Below, piece after piece: positions 8,778 to 17,654 of a DNA stretch of 24,205 nt. Position 1 is the first letter of the stretch. The number at the start of each line of letters is the position of its first letter. This DNA is from a virus (taxonomy: Duplodnaviria; Caudoviricetes): IMG/VR virus record IMGVR_UViG_3300047279_000032, positions 1 through 24,205 of that record; one strand, given 5' to 3'. The notes beneath the pieces were generated by a model. The model was not told the DNA's origin and searched no databases. It was given only the letters and a program-made list of their open reading frames with translations. The translations under genes were made by a program, and so were the position numbers.

Positions 8778-10096
8778 TATTTAAGTTCCTCCATGGCAAT
8801 TTCAGAGATGGCGCGCTTGTCGTGAAGCGCCGCCCAGATTTTCTCGTCGACCGTTTTGTTGGTCAGCATCACGTAGCACCACACATCGTGCTTTTGCCCG
8901 CTGCGGTGCAGACGACCAATGGTCTGTTCGTACAACTCCAGACTCCACGGCAGTGACAAAAACACCATGTGACAGCCGCCGTGTTGCAAGTTGAGGCCGT
9001 GTCCGGCTGACTTTGGATGGACGGCCAGTAACCTGACCTTTCCAGCATTCCATCGCTCGATGACGTTTGCGTCATCAAGGGTTTGCAAGTGTCCGAAGCG
9101 TCGCTTGAGTTCGGCAAGTTCTTCTTGGTAGGTGTAAGCAATAATGGTGTTGGCATGCTGGTTCTCATCTAATAATTCTTCAAGGCGTTCAAACTTGTGC
9201 AAGCTGTACCAGATCGGACGCTGGGTAGATGTAAACTTGCCTGGTGAATCAGACGGCGCTGTGGTCGTGTCGTACACAAAGCCAGACGCCAGTTGTTGCA
9301 ACTTGCCCGTGACTACTGCCGCGTTGACTGCCGTGATGCCCTCTAGCACAAAGTCCTTTTTCATCTTGTTATAGGGCGTCAGATCCATGTTGCACTTGAT
9401 CTCAACAGTATGCAAAGGCGGCAGTTTGTCCTTATACTCACCTGCCTCCAAGACAAATGTGGCAGGCTTAATCACGCGCATGACCTTCTCAAGCGCGCCT
9501 ACTCGCGGCGCCCATTCGCCAAAGTCCTTGTTGATCAGCACGAAGTACTGCTGCATGAACGCGCCTTTAGAACGGCCAAGCAGGGATTGGTCAACGATCT
9601 TGCACTGACCGAAGACGTCCTCCAAGCCGTTGCTGGTAAACGAGCCAGTCAAACCCCAGCGTTTAGTCATGGGGTCAACCACTTTGAGGAACGCTTTGAA
9701 GCGTGTGCCTGATGGATTTTTAAGGCGTGTGAGTTCGTCAAACACAACGCCGTCAAAGTTCAGCTTTTGCTCGGCCAGCCATTGAAGGTTGTCGTAATTG
9801 GTCACAATCACTTGGGCGTTGCTCTTGAGCGCCGCCAAGCGCTGCTTAGGTGTGCCAACGCACAGAGCCATGCTCATGCGGTCAGCCCATTTGGGGCGCT
9901 CGACTGGCCACACGTCAGTGCAGACGCGCTTGGGCGCCAGAACCAGCCAGCGCTTGACGTGGCAGTCACGCAACATCTCCCACATGGCCGTCAGCGTGAT
10001 GGCGGTCTTACCCGCACCCACTGGCGCCAAGATCATGGCGCGGTCATGTTCGTAGAGAAAGTCAGCGGCTGTCTCTTGATAAGGCCTAAGTTTCAT
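8777..10096 (-). CDS. SNF2-family (SF2) helicase
   Basis: LRPYQ Q-motif, GAGKT Walker A, FDELT motif II, GHGLNLQ motif V, QTIGRLHRSGQ motif VI. Confidence 0.9.
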   Translation of the reverse strand: MKLRPYQETAADFLYEHDRAMILAPVGAGKTAITLTAMWEMLRDCHVKRWLVLAPKRVCTDVWPVERPKWADRMSMALCVGTPKQRLAALKSNAQVIVTNYDNLQWLAEQKLNFDGVVFDELTRLKNPSGTRFKAFLKVVDPMTKRWGLTGSFTSNGLEDVFGQCKIVDQSLLGRSKGAFMQQYFVLINKDFGEWAPRVGALEKVMRVIKPATFVLEAGEYKDKLPPLHTVEIKCNMDLTPYNKMKKDFVLEGITAVNAAVVTGKLQQLASGFVYDTTTAPSDSPGKFTSTQRPIWYSLHKFERLEELLDENQHANTIIAYTYQEELAELKRRFGHLQTLDDANVIERWNAGKVRLLAVHPKSAGHGLNLQHGGCHMVFLSLPWSLELYEQTIGRLHRSGQKHDVWCYVMLTNKTVDEKIWAALHDKRAISEIAMEELK

Positions 10097-10233
10097 TTTT
10101 TATTTAGGTATGCTGCAACTAATGCTTGAATGGCAAACACCACTTCGCGGTCAAGTTCATCCCACTTTATTTGGTTTCTTTCGTACAGCAGTACCACGAC
10201 TTCCCGCGCACGCGCTATTGGATAGCTTTCCAT
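10093..10233 (-). CDS. Hypothetical protein (46 aa, MESYPIARAREVV...), not in the ORF track
   Basis: Fills the gap between VRR-NUC and the helicase, with ATGA coupling. Confidence 0.45.
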   Translation of the reverse strand: MESYPIARAREVVVLLYERNQIKWDELDREVVFAIQALVAAYLNKK

Positions 10234-10234
10234 T

Positions 10235-10510
10235 TCATTTAACTGTTTTGACCCACTCATCAACTTGCTCCTTAGTCCATAAACATGCGTAGTTTTGACG
10301 CAACAGCATCATGTCGGTTTCAAATAATTTCTGGAGCGCAGACAATCTGCCGCCTTTGGTCTTTAACTCGACAAACCAAGTCTGGCCATCGGGTAAACAC
10401 GCAATGCGATCTGCTACACCTTTGCGTCCAGGCGAAGTAAACTTCCAAGTCCTACCGCCGATGCGCTGCACCGCCCAGTCAAAATAAATTTCAATTTCTT
10501 TTTCACGCAT
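10235..10510 (-). CDS. VRR-NUC domain nuclease (Holliday junction resolvase-like)
   Basis: MREKEIE...KFTSPGRKGVADRI...FVELKTKGGRLS.LQ PD-(D/E)XK signature. Start re-called at ATG 10510. Confidence 0.85.
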   Translation of the reverse strand: MREKEIEIYFDWAVQRIGGRTWKFTSPGRKGVADRIACLPDGQTWFVELKTKGGRLSALQKLFETDMMLLRQNYACLWTKEQVDEWVKTVK

Positions 10511-10517
10511 GCCGCAA

Positions 10518-10545
10518 AGTATACATGTAAAAAAGATTTGCACAA
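10518..10545 (-). promoter_or_regulatory. Sigma70-like leftward promoter (TTGTGC-16-TATACT), probably leaderless
   Basis: TATACT at 10523-10518 lies 7 nt upstream of the VRR-NUC ATG, and there is no SD. Confidence 0.55.
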
Positions 10546-10566
10546 CAATTATTTCTGTGCTACATT
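10538..10566 (+). promoter_or_regulatory. Sigma70 promoter of the replication operon (TTGCAC-17-TACATT, extended -10 TG)
   Basis: TTGCAC 10538-10543, 17-nt spacer ending TGC, TACATT 10561-10566. Confidence 0.65.
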
Positions 10567-10595
10567 AAAGTCTCATTAAACGAAAGGACAGTAAA

Positions 10596-10793
10596 GTGAT
10601 CGAACCAGCATTCCCCGCCATGCACTTTGACTTGGCAGACAACGAACATGGCTTGACCATGCGCGACTACTTTGCGGCCAAGGCCATGCAAGGCTTATTA
10701 GCCTCTGAAGTTAACGCACCCTTAAAAACATTTGCAAAGCAAGCTTACACAATGGCAGACGCAATGATGGAGGCACGCAATGCAGCACAGTAA
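10596..10793 (+). CDS. Conserved small phage protein (PAFP...GLTMRDYFAAKAMQG family)
   Basis: Recognisable widespread phage motif. AAAGGA SD with GTG start. Confidence 0.7.
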   Translation: MIEPAFPAMHFDLADNEHGLTMRDYFAAKAMQGLLASEVNAPLKTFAKQAYTMADAMMEARNAAQ

Positions 10794-11907
10794 TATCGTA
10801 GGCGGCTCGACAGCCAAGCGCGTCATCAACTGCCCAGGCAGTGTGGCGCTGGTGCAAAAGATGCCCCCGAAGCCATCTAGCGAACACGCCGACCGTGGCA
10901 CACTCTTGCACAACATGATGGAAGAGATCCTCACGTCAGGTGATGCGCCAGAGTCTTACATTGGCGCGCGCTACAAAGATCAGCTTCTCACGCAAGAGTT
11001 GATCGAAGAAAAAATCAAACCCGCCATGGAGGCACTCGATGCGATTGACCCCGATCAAACAATGGAATATGAAGTCGAAACACGGGTTGGGTTCGGCGAT
11101 CTTCTGCCTGGCGTCTTTGGTTCCACTGATCTTATTGGTCGGATTGGTAGCCGTGCCATTGTGTTGGATTGGAAATTTGGTGATGGTGTCATGGTTGAAG
11201 TGGAAGAGAACCCGCAACTGATGTTCTACGCCGCCGCTGCCATGCGTACCAAAGAAGCCGCGTGGGCGTTTGAAGGCGCAACTGAGATCGAGATGGTCAT
11301 TGTCCAGCCCCCTGAAGTGCGTCGCTGGGTGACAACGCCAGAGCGCATTGCCAAGTTTGAACTTGAGTTGGTGCAAGCCGTTAAGCAAGCCATGAAAGCC
11401 GATGCACAACTGGCCGTGGGTGACCACTGCCGTTGGTGCGCGGCCAAGCCAATCTGCCCTAAGATGACTGGCGCTGTTGACCGCGCATTGAAGGTGCAGA
11501 TCGACGCCCTGCCAGCCGCGCAGATCAGCAACTATCTTAAGAACGCTGACATGCTTGAGGACTGGATCAAAGACCTGCGCTCGCTGGCGCTCCAGATGCT
11601 TGAGTCAGGCGCTAAGTTACCCGAATACAAACTGGTGGCCAAACGTGCCATCCGTTCATGGTCAGACGAAGAAAAGGCCAAGGTCGCCCTCTTCGCATAC
11701 GGCCTCACAGAATCTGAAGTGATGGAGACTTCTGTCGTCTCCCCTGCGAAGGCCGAGAAGGCGTTGAAGAAACGCAAGCTCGGCCTACCAGAAGACCTCG
11801 TGGTCGCCATCTCGTCAGGTAACACTTTGGCAAGCGCGGATGACCCGCGCCCCGAAGTGATGCTCTTGGGCAAACAGTTATCTGCTGCCCTTTCTAAAAT
11901 CCAGTAA
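10780..11907 (+). CDS. Cas4-like PD-(D/E)XK exonuclease (DUF2800 family)
   Basis: N-terminal CPGS, GTLLH, GSTD...LDWKFG, QLMFYA, and CRWCAAKPIC (four-Cys Fe-S staple). Confidence 0.85.
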   Translation: MQHSNIVGGSTAKRVINCPGSVALVQKMPPKPSSEHADRGTLLHNMMEEILTSGDAPESYIGARYKDQLLTQELIEEKIKPAMEALDAIDPDQTMEYEVETRVGFGDLLPGVFGSTDLIGRIGSRAIVLDWKFGDGVMVEVEENPQLMFYAAAAMRTKEAAWAFEGATEIEMVIVQPPEVRRWVTTPERIAKFELELVQAVKQAMKADAQLAVGDHCRWCAAKPICPKMTGAVDRALKVQIDALPAAQISNYLKNADMLEDWIKDLRSLALQMLESGAKLPEYKLVAKRAIRSWSDEEKAKVALFAYGLTESEVMETSVVSPAKAEKALKKRKLGLPEDLVVAISSGNTLASADDPRPEVMLLGKQLSAALSKIQ

Positions 11908-11916
11908 AGGTATATT

Positions 11917-12549
11917 ATGAACTTAACTACATTCTCTCAAGCAAACCTGCCCGCAGTTTCAACCTTGTCATCTGCGCTTCGTTCAATCCAAGCTGAAGTC
12001 GGCCCTGCCGGTGTTGTCATCCTCAAGATGGACAAGACTGGCCACTGGGTCTTCGGTGCAGATCAGACCGAAGTCGAAGACGACGCTGTGTGGGCTGTCA
12101 ATCCTTTCTCTTTTGTCCACGGCTTTATTGCTTGGGGTGATGGTGAAGTGTTGGGCGAAAAGATGACCAGCGTTAGCAACCCCTTGCCTGCTTTGGATGA
12201 GGCGCCCCCTCAAGCTAAGAAGGGTTGGGAAAGCCAAGTTGGTATGTCTCTGAAGTGCATCTCAGGCGAAGACAAAGGAATGGAAGCACGTTTCACCACC
12301 ACGTCAGTGGGCGGTAAGCGCGCAGTTCAGACCTTGGCTGTTGCTCTGGCCGAGCAAGTCGAGAAAGACCAAAGCAAGCCAGTGCCAGTCGTGCGTCTGA
12401 AGAAAGACCACTACGCGCACAAGTCCTACGGCAAAATTTACACGCCAGTCTTTGAGATTGTCGAGTGGGTGTCGATGGATGGTGAGGAACCAGCCTTGGT
12501 GAAGGCCGAGCCGGAAGCTGCGCCAACGCGCCGCCGCCGTAGCGTCTAA
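11917..12549 (+). CDS. Putative single-stranded DNA-binding/annealing protein
   Basis: Sits between DUF2800 nuclease and polymerase. Aromatic/beta-rich, YGKIYTPVFEIVEW followed by a flexible tail. Confidence 0.6.
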   Translation: MNLTTFSQANLPAVSTLSSALRSIQAEVGPAGVVILKMDKTGHWVFGADQTEVEDDAVWAVNPFSFVHGFIAWGDGEVLGEKMTSVSNPLPALDEAPPQAKKGWESQVGMSLKCISGEDKGMEARFTTTSVGGKRAVQTLAVALAEQVEKDQSKPVPVVRLKKDHYAHKSYGKIYTPVFEIVEWVSMDGEEPALVKAEPEAAPTRRRRSV

Positions 12550-12614
12550 TTAAATAGGGGCTGAACAGGGTGAGGGACGTTATCTCCCAAGCCGTTAGTA
12601 AGCCCCGCCTTTTT

Positions 12615-14516
12615 ATGCTTTGGCTTGACTTTGAAACTCGCAGTACATGCGACCTACGCGCCAAGGGCGTGTACAACTACGCGCAAGACGCCAGCACCGA
12701 AGTGTTGTGCATGTCGTATGCGTTTGACGATGAGGATGTGATGACGTGGGTTCCGTCCCAGCCCTTCCCCGATAGCGTTCGCAACTACACCGGCCAGATC
12801 AGGGCGCATAACGCGGCGTTCGAGCGCTTGATCTTTTGGTATGTCTTACAAATAAATTTTAAACTTGAGCAGTTCTACTGCACCGCCACACAAGCCCGCG
12901 CCAACTGCGCGCCTGGCAGTCTGGAAGACGTTGGCCGCTTTGCTGGCGCGTCCATGAAGAAAGACCACAGAGGCGCGCAACTGATTCGCCTCATGTGCGT
13001 GCCGCCGTTCAAAGACTCGCCTGAACTCATGGCCGAGATGATCCAGTACTGTGAGCAGGACGTGCGCGCCATGCGTGCAATCAGTCAGGCCATGCGTGAC
13101 TTGAGCGCAGAAGAATTAGAGGACTACCACGTCAACGAGCGCATCAATGATCGCGGCGTGTTGGTCGATGTGCCGCTGTGCCATGCGGCTGTTAAGTTTG
13201 CGTCCGATGAACTGATCGAGATCGAAGAGATCGTCAAAGAAGTCACCGGCGGCGCAATCACTAGTGTTCGCTCCCCACGCATGCGTGAGTGGGTGCTTGA
13301 GCGCGTGGGTGATGAGGCTAAGAAGTTGATGGAAAAGGATGGCAAGTATTCCATCGACAAAACTGTGCGTGCCAATTTACTAACAATGGAGAACCCCGAT
13401 GAAGTCCCTGCCGATGTCCAAGAAGTTATCCAATGCGCCGACGACCTCTGGGCGTCCTCGGTGGCAAAGTTCAGCCGACTCGCGGCTTTGGCAGATGAGG
13501 AGGATGAACGAGTACGAGGAGCGTTCGTATTTGCTGGCGGCTCAGCAACAGGCCGCGCATCATCCTACGGCGCCCAAGTCCACAACTTCACCCGCAAATG
13601 CGCCGCCGAGCCAGAGGAAACCCGCAACGCCATGGTCAGAGGACACGCAATCGTGCCTCGGTATGGAAAGCGCGTTACCGATGTACTTAAAGGAATGCTC
13701 CGCCCCGCACTCATACCGGCCAAGGGAAAGCACTTCGTTGTTGCTGACTGGGCGGCTATTGAAGCGCGTGTCAACCCGTGGCTTTCCGGTCGAGGAGACG
13801 ATAAACTGGAACTATTCCGCACTGGGGAAGACGTCTATAAAGTCAATGCTGCCGCGACGTTTCACATACCCATTTCCGAGATTAACAAAGATCAGCGACA
13901 GATCGGAAAAGTTCAGGAACTTGCTTGCGGTTTTGCAGGTGGTGTTGGGGCTTTCGCTGCTATGGGCAGGGCTTACGGGATCAGTCTTCCCGAACCAGTC
14001 GCCAAGCGAATGGTTGATGGCTGGCGCCGTGCTAACCCTTGGAGCGTACCTTATTGGTCTGCGCTTGAAGAATCGTACACCCGCGCCATGAGAAACAAGG
14101 GGCGTGAATTTAAGGCTGGCCGTATAACATATTTGTTTGACGGCTTGCACTTATGGTATGCCCTACCCTCTGGCCGCATCTTGTGCTACCCCTATGCCAA
14201 ATTGGAATCGGAGGGCGTCACCTATGCCAAAGCGGCATGGAAGCCCGCGCAAGATGCAAAAGAATGGCCTAGAGCAAGACTCTGGAAAGGCTTGGCGTGT
14301 GAAAATGTGACGCAGGCGGTCGCCAATGATCTACTCAGACATTCCCTCAGACAACTCGATGACGTCGTGCTTCATGTGCATGACGAAATTGTTGTCGAGA
14401 CAGCCGACCCAGAAGCGGCAGAGAATTTAAAACGTGTGATGTGTACAGCGCCAGCGTGGGCAGATGGCTTGCCCTTGGCCGCTGAAGTTGAAACTATGAA
14501 AAGGTATGGCAAATGA
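12615..14516 (+). CDS. polA: DNA polymerase family A (APSE-like) with 3'-5' exonuclease
   Basis: Exo I WLDFET, Exo II AHNAAFER, motif A VVADWAAIEAR, motif B RQIGKVQELACGF, motif C HVHDEI. Start re-called at ATG 12615. Confidence 0.92.
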   Translation: MLWLDFETRSTCDLRAKGVYNYAQDASTEVLCMSYAFDDEDVMTWVPSQPFPDSVRNYTGQIRAHNAAFERLIFWYVLQINFKLEQFYCTATQARANCAPGSLEDVGRFAGASMKKDHRGAQLIRLMCVPPFKDSPELMAEMIQYCEQDVRAMRAISQAMRDLSAEELEDYHVNERINDRGVLVDVPLCHAAVKFASDELIEIEEIVKEVTGGAITSVRSPRMREWVLERVGDEAKKLMEKDGKYSIDKTVRANLLTMENPDEVPADVQEVIQCADDLWASSVAKFSRLAALADEEDERVRGAFVFAGGSATGRASSYGAQVHNFTRKCAAEPEETRNAMVRGHAIVPRYGKRVTDVLKGMLRPALIPAKGKHFVVADWAAIEARVNPWLSGRGDDKLELFRTGEDVYKVNAAATFHIPISEINKDQRQIGKVQELACGFAGGVGAFAAMGRAYGISLPEPVAKRMVDGWRRANPWSVPYWSALEESYTRAMRNKGREFKAGRITYLFDGLHLWYALPSGRILCYPYAKLESEGVTYAKAAWKPAQDAKEWPRARLWKGLACENVTQAVANDLLRHSLRQLDDVVLHVHDEIVVETADPEAAENLKRVMCTAPAWADGLPLAAEVETMKRYGK

Positions 14517-16810
14517 ATTTTCTTGATTTTTTAATTTCCTTGGCACCCGAGGGTGAGACTGCTTTGGTCGTGCGTCAAAAGCCCATTGGCAAAGAACTGC
14601 AATTTTTTCCTGATGGTGCGATCAAATGCACTTGGCCTGCTATGTTGCCCACCGCACGCATCAAGCCTGACTGGGCAATCTATGGCAACACTGCCAGCTT
14701 TATTGTCGACCGCTTCAAAGACGGCTATCCAAGCGCCAGCGTGGCGTGCTGTGAATATGTGCTGGTGATGGTGCTGGACGACGTGGGCGACCCTGACAAA
14801 GCTCCCAACATACCGCCGCTTGCGCCGACATGGAAAATTGAAACGTCCCCAGGTTCATTTCAGTGGGGCTATGCATTCTCAGAGCAGCCCACTAAGGCCG
14901 ACTTCGCCGCCGCCATTAAGTCCATCGCCGAGGCCGGTTACACCGACAAAGGCGCCGTTAACGCGGTGCGTAATTTCCGCTTGCCCGGCTCGATCAACTT
15001 AAAGCCAGGGCGCAACAACTTCGCCGCCAAGCTGGTTGAGTTTGAGCCTGCGCGTGAGTTTACCCTCGACGAAATTTGCACAGCGTTCAACGTAACCCCT
15101 GCGCCCGCCGACTCTATCGGCGTGCGTCCGATCCGCTTGTCAGACGACGGCGCTGATGATGTGATGGCGTGGCTGTCTAGCCATGGCGCGTTGCTGTCCA
15201 AGCCTAACCATGAGGGCTGGGCTGGCGTGATCTGTCCCAATCAGGCCGAGCATACTGACGGCAACCCCGAGGGCCGTTACATGCCCGCTAATCGTGCTTA
15301 CCGTTGCCTGCACAGCCATTGCGTTGACTTTGACTCTAATGCGTTCCTCAAGTGGGTGGCCGACCAAGGCGGCCCCAAGCATGCGCCTGGTTTGCGTGAA
15401 GAGTTGCTGACCTTGGCCATGGACCAAGCGCTGGCCAAGCTGACCCCGTCCGACATGTTTACCGATGACGCCTCCGCCGTGATCGCCGAGGTCGAGCGCA
15501 AAGAGTTGGGCCGTGTCGAAAAGGCGCAGTGGTATGAGCGCTTTGCGTACATTCAGGACGACGAGTCCTATTTTGATATGCAAGACCGCCGCGAGATCTC
15601 CCGCCAGACCTTCAACGCCTTGTTTCGTCACATCCCCTGCAAGTCAATCCACGGAAAGAACCCCAAAATTGAGGCGTCCGTGTCGTTTGACGAGAACCGC
15701 CAGAAGTACGGTGCCAAGGCCCTTGTCGGCATCACCTACGCCGCAGGCGAGTCGGTCATTGTGGCCCGTGATGGTGACCTGTTCGGTAACCGCTGGCGCG
15801 ATGCCCGGCCACCTGTGGCCGCTGGCGATGTGACCCCATGGATGGACCACTGCAAAACTCTAGTGCCCGATCAGCGCGAGTTGGACCATATCTTGAACGT
15901 GATGGCTTTTAAGGTCCAGCACCCTAACGTCAAGATCAATCACGCCGTGTTGCATGGTGGCGATCAAGGGTCCGGCAAAGATACCATGTGGGCGCCGTTC
16001 ATTTGGGCCGTGTGTGGCCCCCACCTTAAAAACCGTGGCCTGTTGGACAACGACACAATGAGCAGCCAATTTGGCTATGCCCTCGAGTCCGAGATCCTGA
16101 TTTTGAATGAGTTGAAAGAACCCGACGCCAAAGAGAGGCGCGCGCTGGCCAATAAGTTAAAACCTATCATCGCCGCGCCCCCTGAAATGTTGACAGTTAA
16201 CCGCAAGGGCTTGCACCCCTACCAAATGGCCAACCGTGTTTTCGTGCTGGCGTTCTCAAATGACCCCGTGCCGATTAGTTTAGATTCGCAGGACCGCCGT
16301 TGGATGTGCATTTGGTCCCATGCCCCGCGCATGGCCCCCGAGGCCGCCGCGCGCATGTGGGACTGGTACAAGGCCGGCGGGTTCGCCGCCGTGGGCGCGT
16401 GGCTTATGGCCCGTGACGTGTCCGCGTTCAATCCTGGCGCCGCTCCCATGATGACCGAATTCAAATTGAACTTGGTCGAGCATGGTATGAGCATGGCCGA
16501 ATCGTACCTTGTCGAGCTTATGCGCGGGCGCTTGGGTGAATTTTCTAAAGGCGTCGTGGCGTCGCCCTTCCATGCACTATGTGACCGCGTGGCGGGCGCC
16601 GCTCCCGCTGGCGTGAAGGTCCCCCAGCCCGCGTTATTGCATGCGCTCAAAGAGGCTGGCTGGCTGGATCTTGGCCGCGTGGCGTCGGGTGATTTCCCCA
16701 GCAAAAAGCACCTATTTTGCGCCCCTGACATGGTCGGCGTGAGCAAATCGGACCTTCGCCGCATGGTGGAAGACCTTCCAGCATTGCAAGCCGTCCGGCT
16801 GGTTAAATGA
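14513..16810 (+). CDS. Primase-helicase: RepB-like AEP primase, Cys/His Zn module and NrS-1-like (DUF5906) SF3 helicase
   Basis: VLDDVG...ETSPGSFQWGY...RNFRLPGS.N.K primase motifs, CP...H...CLHSHC, Walker A GDQGSGKD, Walker B ILNE, FSN motif C, DRRW. Confidence 0.85.
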   Translation: MNFLDFLISLAPEGETALVVRQKPIGKELQFFPDGAIKCTWPAMLPTARIKPDWAIYGNTASFIVDRFKDGYPSASVACCEYVLVMVLDDVGDPDKAPNIPPLAPTWKIETSPGSFQWGYAFSEQPTKADFAAAIKSIAEAGYTDKGAVNAVRNFRLPGSINLKPGRNNFAAKLVEFEPAREFTLDEICTAFNVTPAPADSIGVRPIRLSDDGADDVMAWLSSHGALLSKPNHEGWAGVICPNQAEHTDGNPEGRYMPANRAYRCLHSHCVDFDSNAFLKWVADQGGPKHAPGLREELLTLAMDQALAKLTPSDMFTDDASAVIAEVERKELGRVEKAQWYERFAYIQDDESYFDMQDRREISRQTFNALFRHIPCKSIHGKNPKIEASVSFDENRQKYGAKALVGITYAAGESVIVARDGDLFGNRWRDARPPVAAGDVTPWMDHCKTLVPDQRELDHILNVMAFKVQHPNVKINHAVLHGGDQGSGKDTMWAPFIWAVCGPHLKNRGLLDNDTMSSQFGYALESEILILNELKEPDAKERRALANKLKPIIAAPPEMLTVNRKGLHPYQMANRVFVLAFSNDPVPISLDSQDRRWMCIWSHAPRMAPEAAARMWDWYKAGGFAAVGAWLMARDVSAFNPGAAPMMTEFKLNLVEHGMSMAESYLVELMRGRLGEFSKGVVASPFHALCDRVAGAAPAGVKVPQPALLHALKEAGWLDLGRVASGDFPSKKHLFCAPDMVGVSKSDLRRMVEDLPALQAVRLVK

Positions 16811-16814
16811 GCAT

Positions 16815-16841
16815 AAAAAAAGGCCCCTGCGAAGGGGCCTT
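16815..16841 (-). terminator. Rho-independent terminator between convergent operons
   Basis: AAGGCCCCT-GCGA-AGGGGCCTT stem, followed by a T7 run on the minus strand. Confidence 0.85.
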
Positions 16842-16858
16842 GTGAGGTGTGGCAACCG

Positions 16859-16918
16859 CTAAAGGTCCAAAAGAACCGCCAGCAGCGCCCCCAGTATAAG
16901 CGCAATTAGTAGGACCAT
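16859..16918 (-). CDS. 19-aa hydrophobic peptide MVLLIALILGALLAVLLDL
   Basis: GGAGG SD upstream, ends just before the terminator. Confidence 0.4.
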   Translation of the reverse strand: MVLLIALILGALLAVLLDL

Positions 16919-17121
16919 TGCATAGCCTCCATGGCGCCTCGGTCCATTAGGCGCCGGGCCTCTGGACCTTCGGCCATGGCCATCTTATATTCGTGTTCTG
17001 ACACTTGGCCGCGCTCATGCCGATAACCCAGGTCTACATAATAGTGGTCCGCGTAGGTGAGCGGGCGCATGGGCGCGATTATCTCGCGCATAAGCGGGTG
17101 TAGATTATCCTTCGTTTTCAT
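16906..17121 (-). CDS. Hypothetical early protein (71 aa)
   Basis: GAGGA SD, overlaps the upstream stop. Confidence 0.55.
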   Translation of the reverse strand: MKTKDNLHPLMREIIAPMRPLTYADHYYVDLGYRHERGQVSEHEYKMAMAEGPEARRLMDRGAMEAMQWSY

Positions 17122-17425
17122 ATATATCCTCTTCAGTGTAGTAGGTGGTCGGCGCTTCGTTTAGATTCTCATAAAACCCGGTCAACGTGTTTTCGCCGCC
17201 GTAGGGCGCGCCCTTGCCCTTAGGCCAGCGCCCGCTATTTAACGCGTAATAACGCGTTACATAGTCCGCCGTAGAGTAAAAATAAGTAGGAAATTGGCGC
17301 TTTTCGGCGCCCTTACTTTTTACAATTTTGTGTTTACCGGTGCATTTGGCATGCTCATTCATTACCGCGCCGGCGTGGTCGTCGTTGACAATATAAATTG
17401 TCCGTCCTAGTCTCATTTTTAACAT
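17105..17425 (-). CDS. Hypothetical early protein (106 aa)
   Basis: Abuts the upstream stop, in operon. Confidence 0.55.
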   Translation of the reverse strand: MLKMRLGRTIYIVNDDHAGAVMNEHAKCTGKHKIVKSKGAEKRQFPTYFYSTADYVTRYYALNSGRWPKGKGAPYGGENTLTGFYENLNEAPTTYYTEEDIYENEG

Positions 17426-17641
17426 TTAACAGTCCCAATCTTCTACAGTTAATTTAATGTTGCAATGGTCCGCATGCGCCGCGTTGACGTGTTCGCGCAC
17501 CAGGGCGCAAATAGTATCGATTAACTCTCGGCCAACTAGGTCGTTGATTGTGAGAGTCGCGAAGGGTTCCGGGCTTATGCCCTCTGGCGTAAATGCATTA
17601 CCCCGGTGGAAGGTTAAAGTTGTTTTGTCGTAATGGTCCAT
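17426..17641 (-). CDS. Hypothetical early protein (71 aa, MDHYDKTT...)
   Basis: Start re-called at ATG 17641 after AAGGGG. Confidence 0.55.
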   Translation of the reverse strand: MDHYDKTTLTFHRGNAFTPEGISPEPFATLTINDLVGRELIDTICALVREHVNAAHADHCNIKLTVEDWDC

Positions 17642-17654
17642 AATTTTCCCCTTT

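Noticed and set aside
13399-14091. 230-aa alternative-frame ORF inside the polymerase
   Set aside because: Off-frame overlap in GC-rich coding DNA. The polymerase frame carries all the motifs.
16219-16905. 228-aa minus-strand ORF
   Set aside because: Antisense to the primase-helicase and crosses the terminator.
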